From Utricularia gibba (Eukaryota; Plantae; Magnoliophyta), in assembly GCA_002189035.1 (NCBI GenBank), contig NEEC01000135.1, positions 1-28,630 of the forward strand: a stretch of 28,630 nt of DNA, read 5' to 3'. Under the pieces are notes generated by a model, which worked only from the letters and a program-made list of their open reading frames with translations, searched no databases and was not told the origin of the DNA. Shown here piece after piece: positions 1 to 11,301 of the stretch. Numbering within the stretch: the first letter of the stretch is position 1; each line of letters opens with the position of its first letter. A program made the translations under genes and the position numbers.

Positions 1-1108
1 TGCAATCAGGCTGCATAGCGATCATTCTGAAACTGCGGTTTCGATTCTCTTGTTAGGAAAAGGAAACCTTCTCCGTTCCGGTGACAGTAGAGGATACCAA
101 TCTATGGCCAGAATGTTGCTGACATGCCCACGAAAGGCTAGAGTGAGTAGGATATACTGGTTTCATGCACATCTCGAGTTCCATCATACCAATAACCGCT
201 CTCGACTTAAAACCGGCCCGGTTTTATAAGTCGAAAACCGGTTGATCGATATTTGACTAAAGGCTACATTGAAAAATATTTACTTCTTGGGAGATCAGGA
301 AATGGTCCAAATTGATGGACGATATTTAATTCCAAATGGGCAGCCGGGTTGAACGGTTTTCGAAGTCAATCCCAAAATAAAATTCTACCCAATCACAATT
401 CTCCATTTTTCGAAATATTTAAATCGATTTATGGTTTTCGTCTCAGGACGTCGTCAAGACGACGTCGTAACGGCCCCCACCTCCCCCAACGACGACACTC
501 ATCTTGATGCATCATCAATCGACTGGCCACCGTTCTCGACCGTTGTCTCTAATACATTCGTTGCGGCTTTTTCTCCGTTCACTTTTTCAGGTTACTTATC
601 TGATCGCTCTTACTTTTTGATTGTGTTGGCTGTTGGGTACGGGTTTCTGTACACGTATAAATGTGAGCGTAGTATACAATTTGGGGATGGAATTTTGGGT
701 TTTGGGTGTGCATGCGGTTTTCTTCTTGGTATTTCAGCTTGATCGTCGAATAATTGATCGATGGGCATCCAACGGTTGAGCGTCGTTCTGGGTGTCACGC
801 GCTTCAGCTGCGAAAACTATTTTCGTTTGATTTTGTGAAAGTTGTCCTTTTTTTTTTCTGGCGTTGCACTAGCTGAAATTCATTTTATCGTATAGCAGAA
901 AATATTTTGCGTGAGTTGAGGTTTTCTTCTGCTGCAAGAGAATGTCTGGCATGCCTTTTTGATTCTGAACCAATTCCACCATAAATTGTGTTTCGGATGC
1001 TATCTTTATATGACTAGTCTTGTATTTTGTTAGTGCTGATTAGTTTCTACTCGTATTTCATGACTCCAGTATTTTCTAAATACAAGATTGGCTAGAAAGC
1101 TGATTCCA

Positions 1109-4100
1109 ATGGGGTGGGGAAACATATACAAGAGACGCATGAAAGTATTCACTTTAGCGGTTGTTATCTACATGGATTATATGGTGATTTTGTCTTTTCT
1201 CTGCTGTTCTTGGCTTAATTGTGTATTGTAGAGCTCCATTCTCCCAGTTAAAAATTTTGTGTATGCAGGCCTTGCAACAGCGAGAAAAATTTACAAAGAA
1301 ACCCAAGATGGCTGAGCTCTGGGAAAAGCTCATGAGCGTAATGCTAAGCGTCTTCTCAATTTGATAGTAGAGCTTGAAGGCTTGTGGGTGAAAATGGGAC
1401 AGTACCTATCCACACGTGCTGACGTGCTTCCCACAGCATATATCCGTCACCTGCGGCAGCTGCAGGATTCTCTTCCTCCCAGGCCACTAGAAGAGGCAAT
1501 TTCAGATTATGTGTTTATTGTGAATGTAAATGATGGTCGTATCTTGTACCTTCTCTAAAAAAACGAATTTCCCTCTCGTCAGGTTTGCAAGACTATCAGC
1601 AGAGAGTTAGGGAAAACGATGGAAGATCTTTTTACTTACTTTGATAAAATACCTCTGGCTACTGCATCTGTGAGATCTTTATCCTATAGCCATTGTAAAA
1701 CTGAATGCTTGATTATTGGAGGTCTATGGGGAAAGCGGAAGCCTCTTGAACTTCTGAGAATCAGCTAACAGAAGTTCTAGTTACCTAACTTTTGTATTTC
1801 ATGTTTACTCAGATTGCGCAAGTTCATAGGGCTACTTTGATTGATGGCCAGGAAGTTGTTGTTAAAGTTCAACACGAGGGCATTAAAGAAGTCATACTGG
1901 AGGTTATTTTGGATTCTAGTGGATCGTATGATAGGTTTATAATTCTTCTTTTCCACACAGCATAACATGTTTTCTTAACTGCACCCCAGGATTTGAAGAA
2001 TGCGAAGTCTATAGTTGACTGGATTGCATGGGCTGAGCCACAATATGATTTTAATGCAATGATAGATGAGTGGTGCAAAGAAGCACCCAAGGAACTCGAT
2101 TTTAACCACGAAGCTGGTAGGCCATCTTTCTCAATGGGCCAGCTATCCCCACCTCCTTTTATGCTTCCTCTCTTATACTGTATGTATCTGTTGGTGTTTT
2201 TTTTGTAGAAAACACTCGAACTGTTTCTGAGAACCTTGGCTGCAAAAGAAATCGTGATGACTCCAAGATATATGGGGTTGACGTCTTGATTCCTGATATT
2301 ATAATGGTACTTCCTTTCTGATACCAGATCCCTTTAATGCCCTTCTTAGATTGTCAATGTACATTATGCCACTCAATTTTCTGATCGTTTTTTAGTTAAA
2401 GGATAGATTTTGTGAGGCGTGTTTGGATGGAATTCTCTTTGTACTAATTTATCTTTTTGAATACATTTCCTACTGCTCTTCCCTTTAGGGAAACTTGTGA
2501 ACTGCAGTATCTTTGTTGGCCACTTATGTTTTTGTAATGCAATATGCAGTCAACGGAGAAAGTGCTAATCTTAGAGTATATGGATGGAGTGAGACTAAAT
2601 GACACCGACTCTCTTGAAGCACTGGGCATTGACAAGCAAAAACTTGTTGAGGAAATCACACGAGCCTATGCACACCAAATATATGTCGATGGGTTCTTCA
2701 ATGGTGACCCTCATCCTGGTATCCTATCTTTTCATACTCTAGTTCACTGCATGCTAATTGATGTTCTGATTCCTTATGGGGCCATGTATTTGTGCTGTTT
2801 ATTCTTGCGGGTATTGTATAATTCACACCATATGCTCATTACGATTCTATTTATGATTACAATATACCAACTGGTCTTCATCAGGAAACTTTCTTGTAAG
2901 CAAGGCTTCTCCTCACCGCCCCATTTTGCTTGATTTTGGCCTTACAAAGTGCTTATCATTCCCTATGAAGCAAGCATTGGCAAAAATGTTTTTAGCATCT
3001 GCTGAGGTTTGTATCAATTTACTTACAGTTATCAATTGTAAGCCTGTTCAATTTTCAAGATACAGAAAGTTTGAAATATTCCCGTATGCCTTTTTTTTTT
3101 CCTGGAAAACTTACATATATCTTTTTATAGGGTGATCATGTGGCACTTTTATCATCCTTCGCTGAAATGGGACTTAAGCTGCGGTTGGACATTCCTGATC
3201 AAGTAATGGAAGTAGCTAGCTTGTTCTTCCGCAGTTCAACTGCATCAGATGAGGCTCGTGTGAGTAGCATTTTGTTTGCCAAACTAATCTTCATTGTTTC
3301 ATTAGCACTGAATCAATTGCACTAATTTTTTAGCAAAATATGAAAGTTTTAGCTGAGCAAAGAAATAGAAACATGAAGGTAATCCAAGAGAAGATGAGCC
3401 TCAATGAAAAAGAAGTCAAACGTTTCAATCCTGTAAGTCAATAGATGCCCAATTACTCCATTTGTTTACCCCTTTTCTCAAGTTTTGGGCTAAATATTTT
3501 CTTCAGGTGGATGCCTTTCCTGGTGACATAATCATATTTGGAAGAGTTATAAATCTTCTCAGAGGTAATTAGACCGTGCAGTTTTGTTTTTAGATCATGG
3601 ATTTTACTCTTATACGTGGATTGCAGGCCTTTCGGCTACAATGGGTGCACGAATTGTGTATGTTGATATCATGAGACCATTTGCTGAGTCTGTTCTGAAA
3701 TGGTATGATTTAAACTACGATTTGAACCTGTATATGAATGTGATCTTTTCCATCATCTACTTTTTGATACTTTGTTGCAGCAATTTGAACAGAGGACCAG
3801 CACTCAACTCAGACTGGATGCATGACACTCCAGTTATTTCCGTTGTTGAAGAGAAGTTGAGGAAGCTCTTAATTGAGCTTGGGGATGCTGAGAAAGTCCT
3901 CGGAATCCAGGTATATGCCATTCTCTTCTTGGACGCATGAAAATTTTGCCCCACTTGCTTACAAGAATTGATGAAGTTGAACCCCTTTTTTTGTGCTTGC
4001 AAAGGTTTGTGCATATAAAGATGGTCAGGTCATCATTGATACTGCGGCTGGGGTTCTTGGAAGATATGATCCTAGACCAGTTCAGCCAGATAGCTTATTC

Positions 4101-5822
4101 CCTGTCTTTTCTGTGACCAAAGGAATTACCTCTGGGATGGTTCATTGGCTGGTGGATCTAGGGTAGACAAAAATCTTAAATCTTATATCTGTATCTTAAA
4201 TTTTTTTTAAAGCTTTCCTCTAACATTTGTTGCAAGAACATGCCATGCTTTTGTTGATTTGAAATGTTGAAATTCAATTTTAACCATCTAGCCTTCATGG
4301 TAGCAGCACGTTGAAGCTGGATGATAGAGTTGAAAACATATGGCCAGGATTTGGGTGCCATGGCAAAGATCAAATCAAGGTAAATCATCAGTGCATCCTT
4401 GCAGAGAATCATGATATTATAGTGTTGTTTTAAAACAAGTTAAGTTGTTGATATTTTGTTGGTTTGTAGTATCTGTGTTGCATCTCATCATTTTATGATA
4501 GGTTTTATCATAATGTACTGATAATAGCTTTGGCTGTGCCTTACTGTTATTGCTATCATATTTTCATGGTTTGTTATGGTTCATTACATACTCGTCATGT
4601 TGCTCTAGGTTCATCATGTGCTCAACCACACCTCCGGTTTGCATAATGCCATGGCAAGTGTTACACGAGAGAACCCTCTCGTGATGACTGACTGGAAGGA
4701 ATGTCTAAAGTGTACGGCAAACGCATCCCCAGAGACTGATCCAGGCACTCAGCAGATTTACCACTATTTATCGTTTGGCTGGTTGTGTGGTGGAATTATC
4801 GAGGTATTGCACTTCATGGGTCTTACAAATAAATGGTTGTTAGCCCAACCTAGAATATACAACTGATGCCATTCCTAATGTGCAGCATGCCTCCGGGAGA
4901 AGGTTTCAGGAAGTTCTGGAAGAAGCACTTGTTCGCCCACTCAATATTGATGGCGAGTTGTACATTGGAATCCCTCCAGGCATGGTTTCGTTCTCTTTAT
5001 GCAACTCTTATCCTCTTCATTGGCCAGCGAGTAATGAATTTGGCTTGCCTTCCCCCTCCCACAGGTGTGGAGTCCAGGCTCGCAACCCTGACCGTCGATG
5101 TCGAGGATGTAAAATCCCTCTCTGTCATCCTTAATCGGCCAGACGTGCCATCAAGCTTCAGGGAACAGTTACAAGATGTGTCTAACTTGGTGGCAACTCT
5201 TCCAACAACATTTAACACACTTCTTGCCCGCCGATCCATTGTTCCTGCTGCTAATGCGCATTGCTCTGCAAGGGCTCTTGCACGCTACTATGCAGCTCTT
5301 GTGGACGGTGGCTCTATTCCACCACCACATTCTTCTCCCACCCAACCCCCATTGGGAAGCCACCTGCATACTCCCACTTTTGAAACTGAGAAGTCAAACA
5401 AGAAACGGCACACTCCCTTAAGCAGCTGCACAGACTACACCAGTGTCCCTGATGATGATGCAAACATGAGAAGAAGCAGCAACTCAGCACCAGGTGGCAA
5501 GCTCTTCCAAAACAGCAAGATTCATGATGCATTCTGTGGCTCCGGGGAGTATGAGCACCTGGTGCAACCGAGTGGGAGATGGGGGCTTGGGTTCAAGAGG
5601 AATCTCTCGCAAGATGGGAAGCTGATAGGCTTCGGACATTCCGGCATGGGTGGCTCCACTGGGTTCTGTGACATCGAACACAGGTTCGCCATTGCTGTAA
5701 CTCTCAACAAAATGAACATGGGCAGTGTCACTGCCAGGGTGATGCAGTTGGTTTGCTCGGAGCTCAACATTCCATTGCCAAGTGACTATCAAGGATTCAT
5801 TAACACAGCTGTTGGCCACTGA
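1109..5822 (+). CDS. ABC1/UbiB (ADCK) atypical kinase fused to a C-terminal beta-lactamase/esterase-family domain; 18 exons, about 921 aa after repairing one -1 frameshift at about 1324-1327
   Basis: Exons: 1109-1183, 1269-1495, 1583-1669, 1813-1902, 1990-2116, 2209-2306, 2550-2718, 2885-3006, 3131-3259, 3334-3432, 3507-3564, 3627-3702, 3781-3910, 4005-4162, 4307-4379, 4609-4803, 4886-4979, 5065-5822 (2765 nt, one short of a codon multiple). Starts MGWGNIYKRRMKVF. Kinase motifs: KMGQYLSTRADVLP, PLATASIAQVH, VVVKVQH, ELDFNHEA, DPHPGN, LDFG. Beta-lactamase-family motifs: FSVTK (SxxK), YHYLSFG, GHSGMGG. Confidence 0.93.
1496..1582 (+). other. GC-AG intron (ABC1 kinase intron 2)
   Basis: GAAGAG|GCAATT donor; only this cut joins PPRPLEE to VCKTISREL in frame. 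Confidence 0.8.
4980..5064 (+). other. GC-AG intron (ABC1 kinase last intron)
   Basis: CCAG|GCATGG donor and CCCACAG|GT acceptor restore YIGIPPGVESRLATL. Confidence 0.82.
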
Positions 5823-6261
5823 GGCCCCCCAAGCAGCTCTCCTGATCAACTGATTTGAAGATTTTTGCTAACTTTGTAAGATACATATGTGATGAACAAA
5901 CAGCTGCTGGAAAGTTACATACCATACCAATACAGGTGATACATGTGCGTGTGTGAGGAGTTAGTGTGCACACCGACAACAGGTTGATGAAATCTGTCCG
6001 ATTGTCTTGTAACATATTTGTATTATTATCTTCCCATATCTGCAGATTTACCCAAGTTTGAAGTTTGAATTTAATAGAATGTTTGATAGTATGGTTTAAA
6101 AGATTTATATTTAAGTTTATACATATATCATTAATTGTTTAATATAATTCATACACTTATTTTTTTGTATTATATGAATGATATGCGAGAGAGATAATTA
6201 TATTTTATCAGTGAGTGCAATAAACTCCAATACAGAGTGGAAGTCAGAACATGCACATAGG

Positions 6262-6302
6262 TTTAGGGTTTTATGATTTTAAGATATAATGTAAACCCTA
6301 AA
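6262..6302. promoter_or_regulatory. Pair of inverted telo-box motifs upstream of TAF10
   Basis: TTTAGGGTTT at 6262-6271 and AAACCCTAAA at 6293-6302, about 165-205 nt before the ATG. Confidence 0.5.
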
Positions 6303-6466
6303 CCCCAAATTCTTATAAGGTAAACCCTCTCCTCTCTTATTAAAATTAAAAAAAGGAAGCGAGCGACTCAAATTCGCTGTTGATCGCGCGTTGTACCAAT
6401 TTCGGACGCCACCGATTTTACGCACGGCTGGCGCTGCCGCTAATTTTGAGCTAGAGAAGGCGAAAG

Positions 6467-7532
6467 ATGAATGGTCAAACAAGCCAGCAGCAACAGAAGG
6501 CCGGTCGCCACGACGATGATGCTGCACTTACAGAGTTTCTTTCATCGTTGTTGGACTATTCTCCACAGTATGTTACCGCGAATTTACTCGTTACCTGGAT
6601 CGGAGTTTGCCGGCAGCTAATTGGGTGATTTTGCAGATTCCAGATGAACTTGTGGAGCATTACCTAGCAAAGAGCGGATTTCAGTCCCCTGATGTTCGAT
6701 TGTAGGTACTCGATGCCCTAGTTTTTTTTTTTTTCTTTTGTAATCTTATTGGAGGACTGTTTCAATCCGAATATGTACATGGTTTAGCGGTAGCATAATC
6801 TTAATTTCGTGAAAAAGGGCGTTTCTTGAGGAGGCAAGGGCTGCGAAAGAAGCTGTTTTTCCGCTTCCATTGAAAAGTCGGAATCGTGATACTATGGCTT
6901 ATTGATATCTCGCTTTTGGCTTCTTACATTATTTCCACTGTTTTCTCAGGACTAGACTGGTGGCCGTCGCCACTCAGAAATTTATCGCAGATGTAGCAAC
7001 TGATGCTCTTCAGTATGTTTCCACCACCGCTGCTATGGGTCTTCTTTTTGTAACCGTATTTCCGTTGATAACGTGTTGAAATTCATAAATTCCTGTGTAA
7101 ATAATGAAATTCTGGTTACAGAACTAGTCTTTTTGTCTGCTTTGAGGATGACAACTATTGGCATTTCCTTTCAGACATTGTAAGGCCAGGCAATCGGCTG
7201 TAGTTAGGGACAAAAGAGATAGACAACAGAAGGTAAAGCTTCTCCTAACACTTTAAGATTCTCAGTGGCCTTTTGACATTTGACACATCACAGGATAAAC
7301 GCCTAATCCTAACTATGGAAGATCTCTCCAAGGCCTTGCGTGAGGTAACCCTTCTTTGATGATTTGCAGGAATCTGATGTTTGCTGCAATTCCTTTTGCT
7401 TCTTGAGTCACCCCATTGCTCCTTTTATTTTTCGCATATCAAAAACTTCAGTACGGCGTGAACGTCAAGCATCAAGAATACTACGTTGACAGTTCATCTG
7501 CTGGTTTAGAGCCCCCTTCAAAGGAAGACTGA
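6467..7532 (+). CDS. TAF10: Transcription initiation factor TFIID subunit 10; 6 exons, about 139 aa after repairing one -1 frameshift at about 6563
   Basis: Exons: 6467-6567, 6637-6701, 6950-7012, 7175-7232, 7294-7344, 7452-7532. Translation DDAALTEFLSSLLDYS(PT)IPDELVEHYLAKSGFQSPDVRLTRLVAVATQKFIADVATDALQHCKARQ...DKRLILTMEDLSKALREYGVNVKHQEYYVDS matches the plant TAF10 histone-fold protein. Confidence 0.95.
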
Positions 7533-8580
7533 GCTACATATTTCCCTTTCTGTGAAACTCTACTGATCTGCTACTCACATTTTAGTTGAATTCAAGTAAG
7601 ATGCCGCTAGTTCCCAACTCTCTTGTCTGTATTGAAGTTTTTCAGACCCTTTCTGTTCGTGCATCAGCTGTTCTATAGAAGCTTATGTTTGGCTTGTGCT
7701 TTAGCGCAATGTTTATAAACCAGTATTCAGTTTTGTTTTTTAATTCAAAATCAATAAATCAGGGAGGAGCCAGAGTTTCCTCCATTGTTGCAGGTCGCTG
7801 CTAGTCCAGTGGCTAAAGTTTCCACAGGTCAATTTCAGGAGGAAATGCACCATCACAGACTGTCTGCAACGCTACTTGATAAATCTTCCACGATTTCACC
7901 ATCGTTCCCTATACGACGTCGTTTTCCTTGAGAGTAAGACTTTTACCCGTGGTAAGCATACTCTAGGCGATAATAGTAATTCGAAATCAACCATGCATAA
8001 GAAATGTTCGAAAATAGGGGAATTTTTTAGTTTTGCGGAGACAGCTACCATTTTGAGAAAATTTCTAAAGTTAATTGAAAATTCGAATTTTTTAAAATTT
8101 TAAAACTTTATGCGGGTTTCAATCCAATCGGATGTGGTTAGGGTAACCCTTTATGTTTATTAAAAGAATTACACCAAAAGTTAAAAGCAGACACCGTATC
8201 TTGGGGTGGTGACGTGTCTGCTCATCCGTGTCCATGTGCATGCATTAAATGCGGATTCCGGGAATCCAGCTACTGGACCGCCCACGGGCCACGAGCCGGT
8301 CCTCCCACCCCAACAACCTTAACACCAGTAAATAATATATTTCACAAATTTATCAATCATTCATTTCGTTTTATGAAAGAAAAATCATTATTTCACATTA
8401 TAAAATATTTTTTAATTTGATTCCCCTGCAATGTCTACTCTTGTGTACCAAGGGAATGCCTAATTGCAGGCACGTTCTTCAAATAAAACATTGAATTATT
8501 ATTAATAATACTTATCAATAATGATTACCTAAGAAGATGGTCTGGCCACTTCGGTACAATGAGAGGGATGATGATGGAGA

Positions 8581-9828
8581 TCAAGAGATGCCGTTTAGCA
8601 GGAAATGGCTAACGATTTTGTTGAACTGGGTAGCGTTCTGGAGGTGTGGAATGTGGCCCGTGTTCTTGATCACCTGCAACCTCGCCTTTTCCCCGGCCAA
8701 CCTGCAACTCAGACAGACACCAGGATCTGCTTATTCGGCTTGCAAAAGTAGATTATTTCAGTTGGAATGTCTTACTTTAGTAGCTCGGTCGTCTTCTCCA
8801 CCAAGAAGATCTGATCTTGATCCCCCCATACGATCAGCACATCCTGCTTACTCGGGCAAGGAAGAGAAATGAGCTGGGTGGGTGAATATTCTTTGCTGGG
8901 GGTCAAAGAACGGTGGTAACTGGTTCCGGTGACAATGTGTTTACTGTGCGGTGGTGAGGATGGGATGAGACCTGGGAGAGGGGTGGTATGAGGACGTTTT
9001 CGTCGTGTCCGAAGCTGAGGCCTCCGATGAGTTCGGATTTCTCCTTCCTGTTCTCCATGTAAAGAACCTGGATCCCATTTCTCGCAATTTTTCGGTCTTG
9101 GTTTTCAGGAGCCGAGTGAGCGAAATGAACAGAGAGAAAACGGGTACCTCGATGAAGTCGTTGAGCAAGAACTCCGGGAGGTACGGAAGGCGGGGAATGG
9201 ATAGGCGGAGAACGTTGCGCAACTGTGCGGCTGTCGCCGGTAGCAACATTTCCTCCATTTTCGTCGCTTTCCCTCGACGCATCAGCCCCAAATTATCGCT
9301 CAGCCGCAGATTAACCGCCGAGCTAGCGATGACCACTTTCTCCACCCTATCCGGCCACATTTCCGCGATTCGATACGATATGAATCCGCCGTAGCTAGTC
9401 CCGATCAGTGAGTACCTAGAGATAAAATTGGTCACAGAAGCAGCATTTCACCGATTTAATCGGATTCAGGGAATACCTAGAAACCCTAGCTTTTCGAGAA
9501 GTTTCGCGACGCATGCCCCCTGAAAAACCTCCGACCTCTCTGACGAATTGGAGAAGGATCCTCCGAAGAAGACGAGGTCCGGGACGTAGACATTAAATTT
9601 CTGCGTGAAGAAGGTAACCTGTGGCCGCCACTGCCAGATCCCGGCGGGTCCAAAGCCGTGAACGAGAACAAGTGACGGCTTGGATGACTCCGGGGACAGG
9701 GGACCCCAGAAGTGAATCGTCGTGTCGCCGTCGATTTGTAGGGTTTGAGAAGTAAGCCCCGCCGCCGTTGCGCACCGGCGGAGGAAACTGGCGTAGAGCG
9801 AAACGACGCTGAGACAAGAGCCCGTCAT
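8581..9828 (-). CDS. Alpha/beta-fold hydrolase (ABHD6/monoacylglycerol-lipase-like plant family); 5 exons, about 300 aa
   Basis: Minus-strand exons: 9828-9477 (or 9828-9485 with a weaker donor), 9415-9148, 9067-8972, 8843-8776, 8701-8581. Motifs: LVLVHGFG (oxyanion), YVPDLVFFGGS, GTSYGG (GxSxG nucleophile), IVWGDQDQIF (acid), NTGHIPH (His). Confidence 0.92.
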
Positions 9829-11301
9829 CCTTCACCTCAACTCACCTTCGTGCTCTGAGATCAGAAACATGGCTTCCCTCAACTGCATTTTGTATCACCC
9901 CGCGGGGCCCACTCTGTTGAAAATATCTGGGAATTGTCGCTTTCAATCCCAAACCAACTTCATTCCATTTCATTTGGGTAGTCCCAATTTATCCACTTTA
10001 CATCTTTAAAATAATTATATAGATATATATTATTTTTCGTTTTTTAATAATATAAAATTAATAAGAAAATATATAGAATTTTAAAAATAGATAGTTTTGC
10101 TGGTTTTGAAGATATTTTATTTAATATGAATAGAATTTTAAATTATTTTACCCAAAAAACACAATGTGTTTTATATTAAACTTTTTAGGCATATTTATGT
10201 AATATATTTAAATCAATCTATTAAATACATATTAAATTTAAATATCTTAAATCATATAACTAAACTTTTAAGCAAATTACTAAACAAACCTTAAATCACA
10301 TTGTTGACATACATCCGAATACCACAAGTTGTGAACATATATCATAAGCCACTTTAGGTGCAATATCCATGACAATTGTAACATGTCCTTATGTGTGTTG
10401 GGTCCTTTTCGGGTAGACGATGATGCAACATTTGACTATCGATTTTCAATATAAACAACTAGCCACCACGTAGCCATTAATGAAGACAACCATTAGACGT
10501 GCTCCATGGCAGTTGGCACCAATAATCATCTTATATTTAAAATTGAAAACTTGCTTCATCCCCACGCTAAATAATTATAGCAATAATAATAATAACATAA
10601 ACCACTTGAAAGAACAAATGAGAATGTGGAGTTTTCAAGGAAGCCCCAATCCAAGGAATGGTGGAAATATTTTAAACTAATCTTATATCGATTTAAAATA
10701 TGATAGAGGGAAGTTTTTTATAATTTTGCATGAGGGTTTTTTGTAAAACCATGAATATTTAGTGTCCAAATTAGACAATATTATGTAAATAAAAAATGAA
10801 TCGTTACATTCGTCTGGATTGAAAAGTAGTTTAACTTAACCATGGTTAAGCAATCTCAGCTTCAATGAAATTAGAGACCTTGCCCTCGGACTTAACAGAT
10901 ATGGCAAACGGGTGGCGAATGGAATCGTGCCGTTTGGAGTAAACTGAGTTTGTTTTTTTAGTGGAAGTATAAAATAATATTTTTAGGAGTCTGACTTTTT
11001 TGATTGCCCTCTTCTTTCGGCAACAGTAGAAGTTGGCTGTCTAGATTAAATTCTTAATATTTGTCCGTTTTGAAGAAGAATAGTATTTTCATAATAAATA
11101 TTTAATTCTACTACTTTCTATAAATAGGATAGGAGTGAAGCTCTAACTGTTTAATATTATAAATAATATTATATTAGAATCTTTTTTAATGAAAAAATAG
11201 TCAGAAGAAATGAGAGTCAAACTGCACAAGAAGACGTGAAGATGATAAATACAGCGCCACTCTCGTGTTGATTAGCTCGCTCCCTCTGGTTGCGAACCGG
11301 C

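Noticed and set aside
1-190. Possible end of a neighbouring gene (minus-strand MMELEMCMKPVYPTHSS...TEK then a GT donor, or plus-strand exon EKETFSVPVTVEDTNLWPECC*)
   Set aside because: No recognisable family, and the alternatives cannot be distinguished without flanking sequence.
431-798. ORFs 431-742 (+) and 610-798 (-)
   Set aside because: They lie in the promoter, 5'UTR and T-rich intron of the ABC1 kinase gene; no motif or coding character.
942-962. Short uORF MSGMPF* before the ABC1 kinase ATG
   Set aside because: 5'UTR exon boundaries cannot be fixed, so it may be intronic.
4997-5849. Several antisense and alternate-frame ORFs over the last ABC1 kinase exon
   Set aside because: Shadow ORFs of a long coding exon.
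10000-10295. AT-rich tract with palindrome AAAACACA-A-TGTGTTTT (10156-10172) and a Tourist-MITE-like end (CTAAACAAACCTTA)
   Set aside because: No matching second terminal repeat or target-site duplication found.
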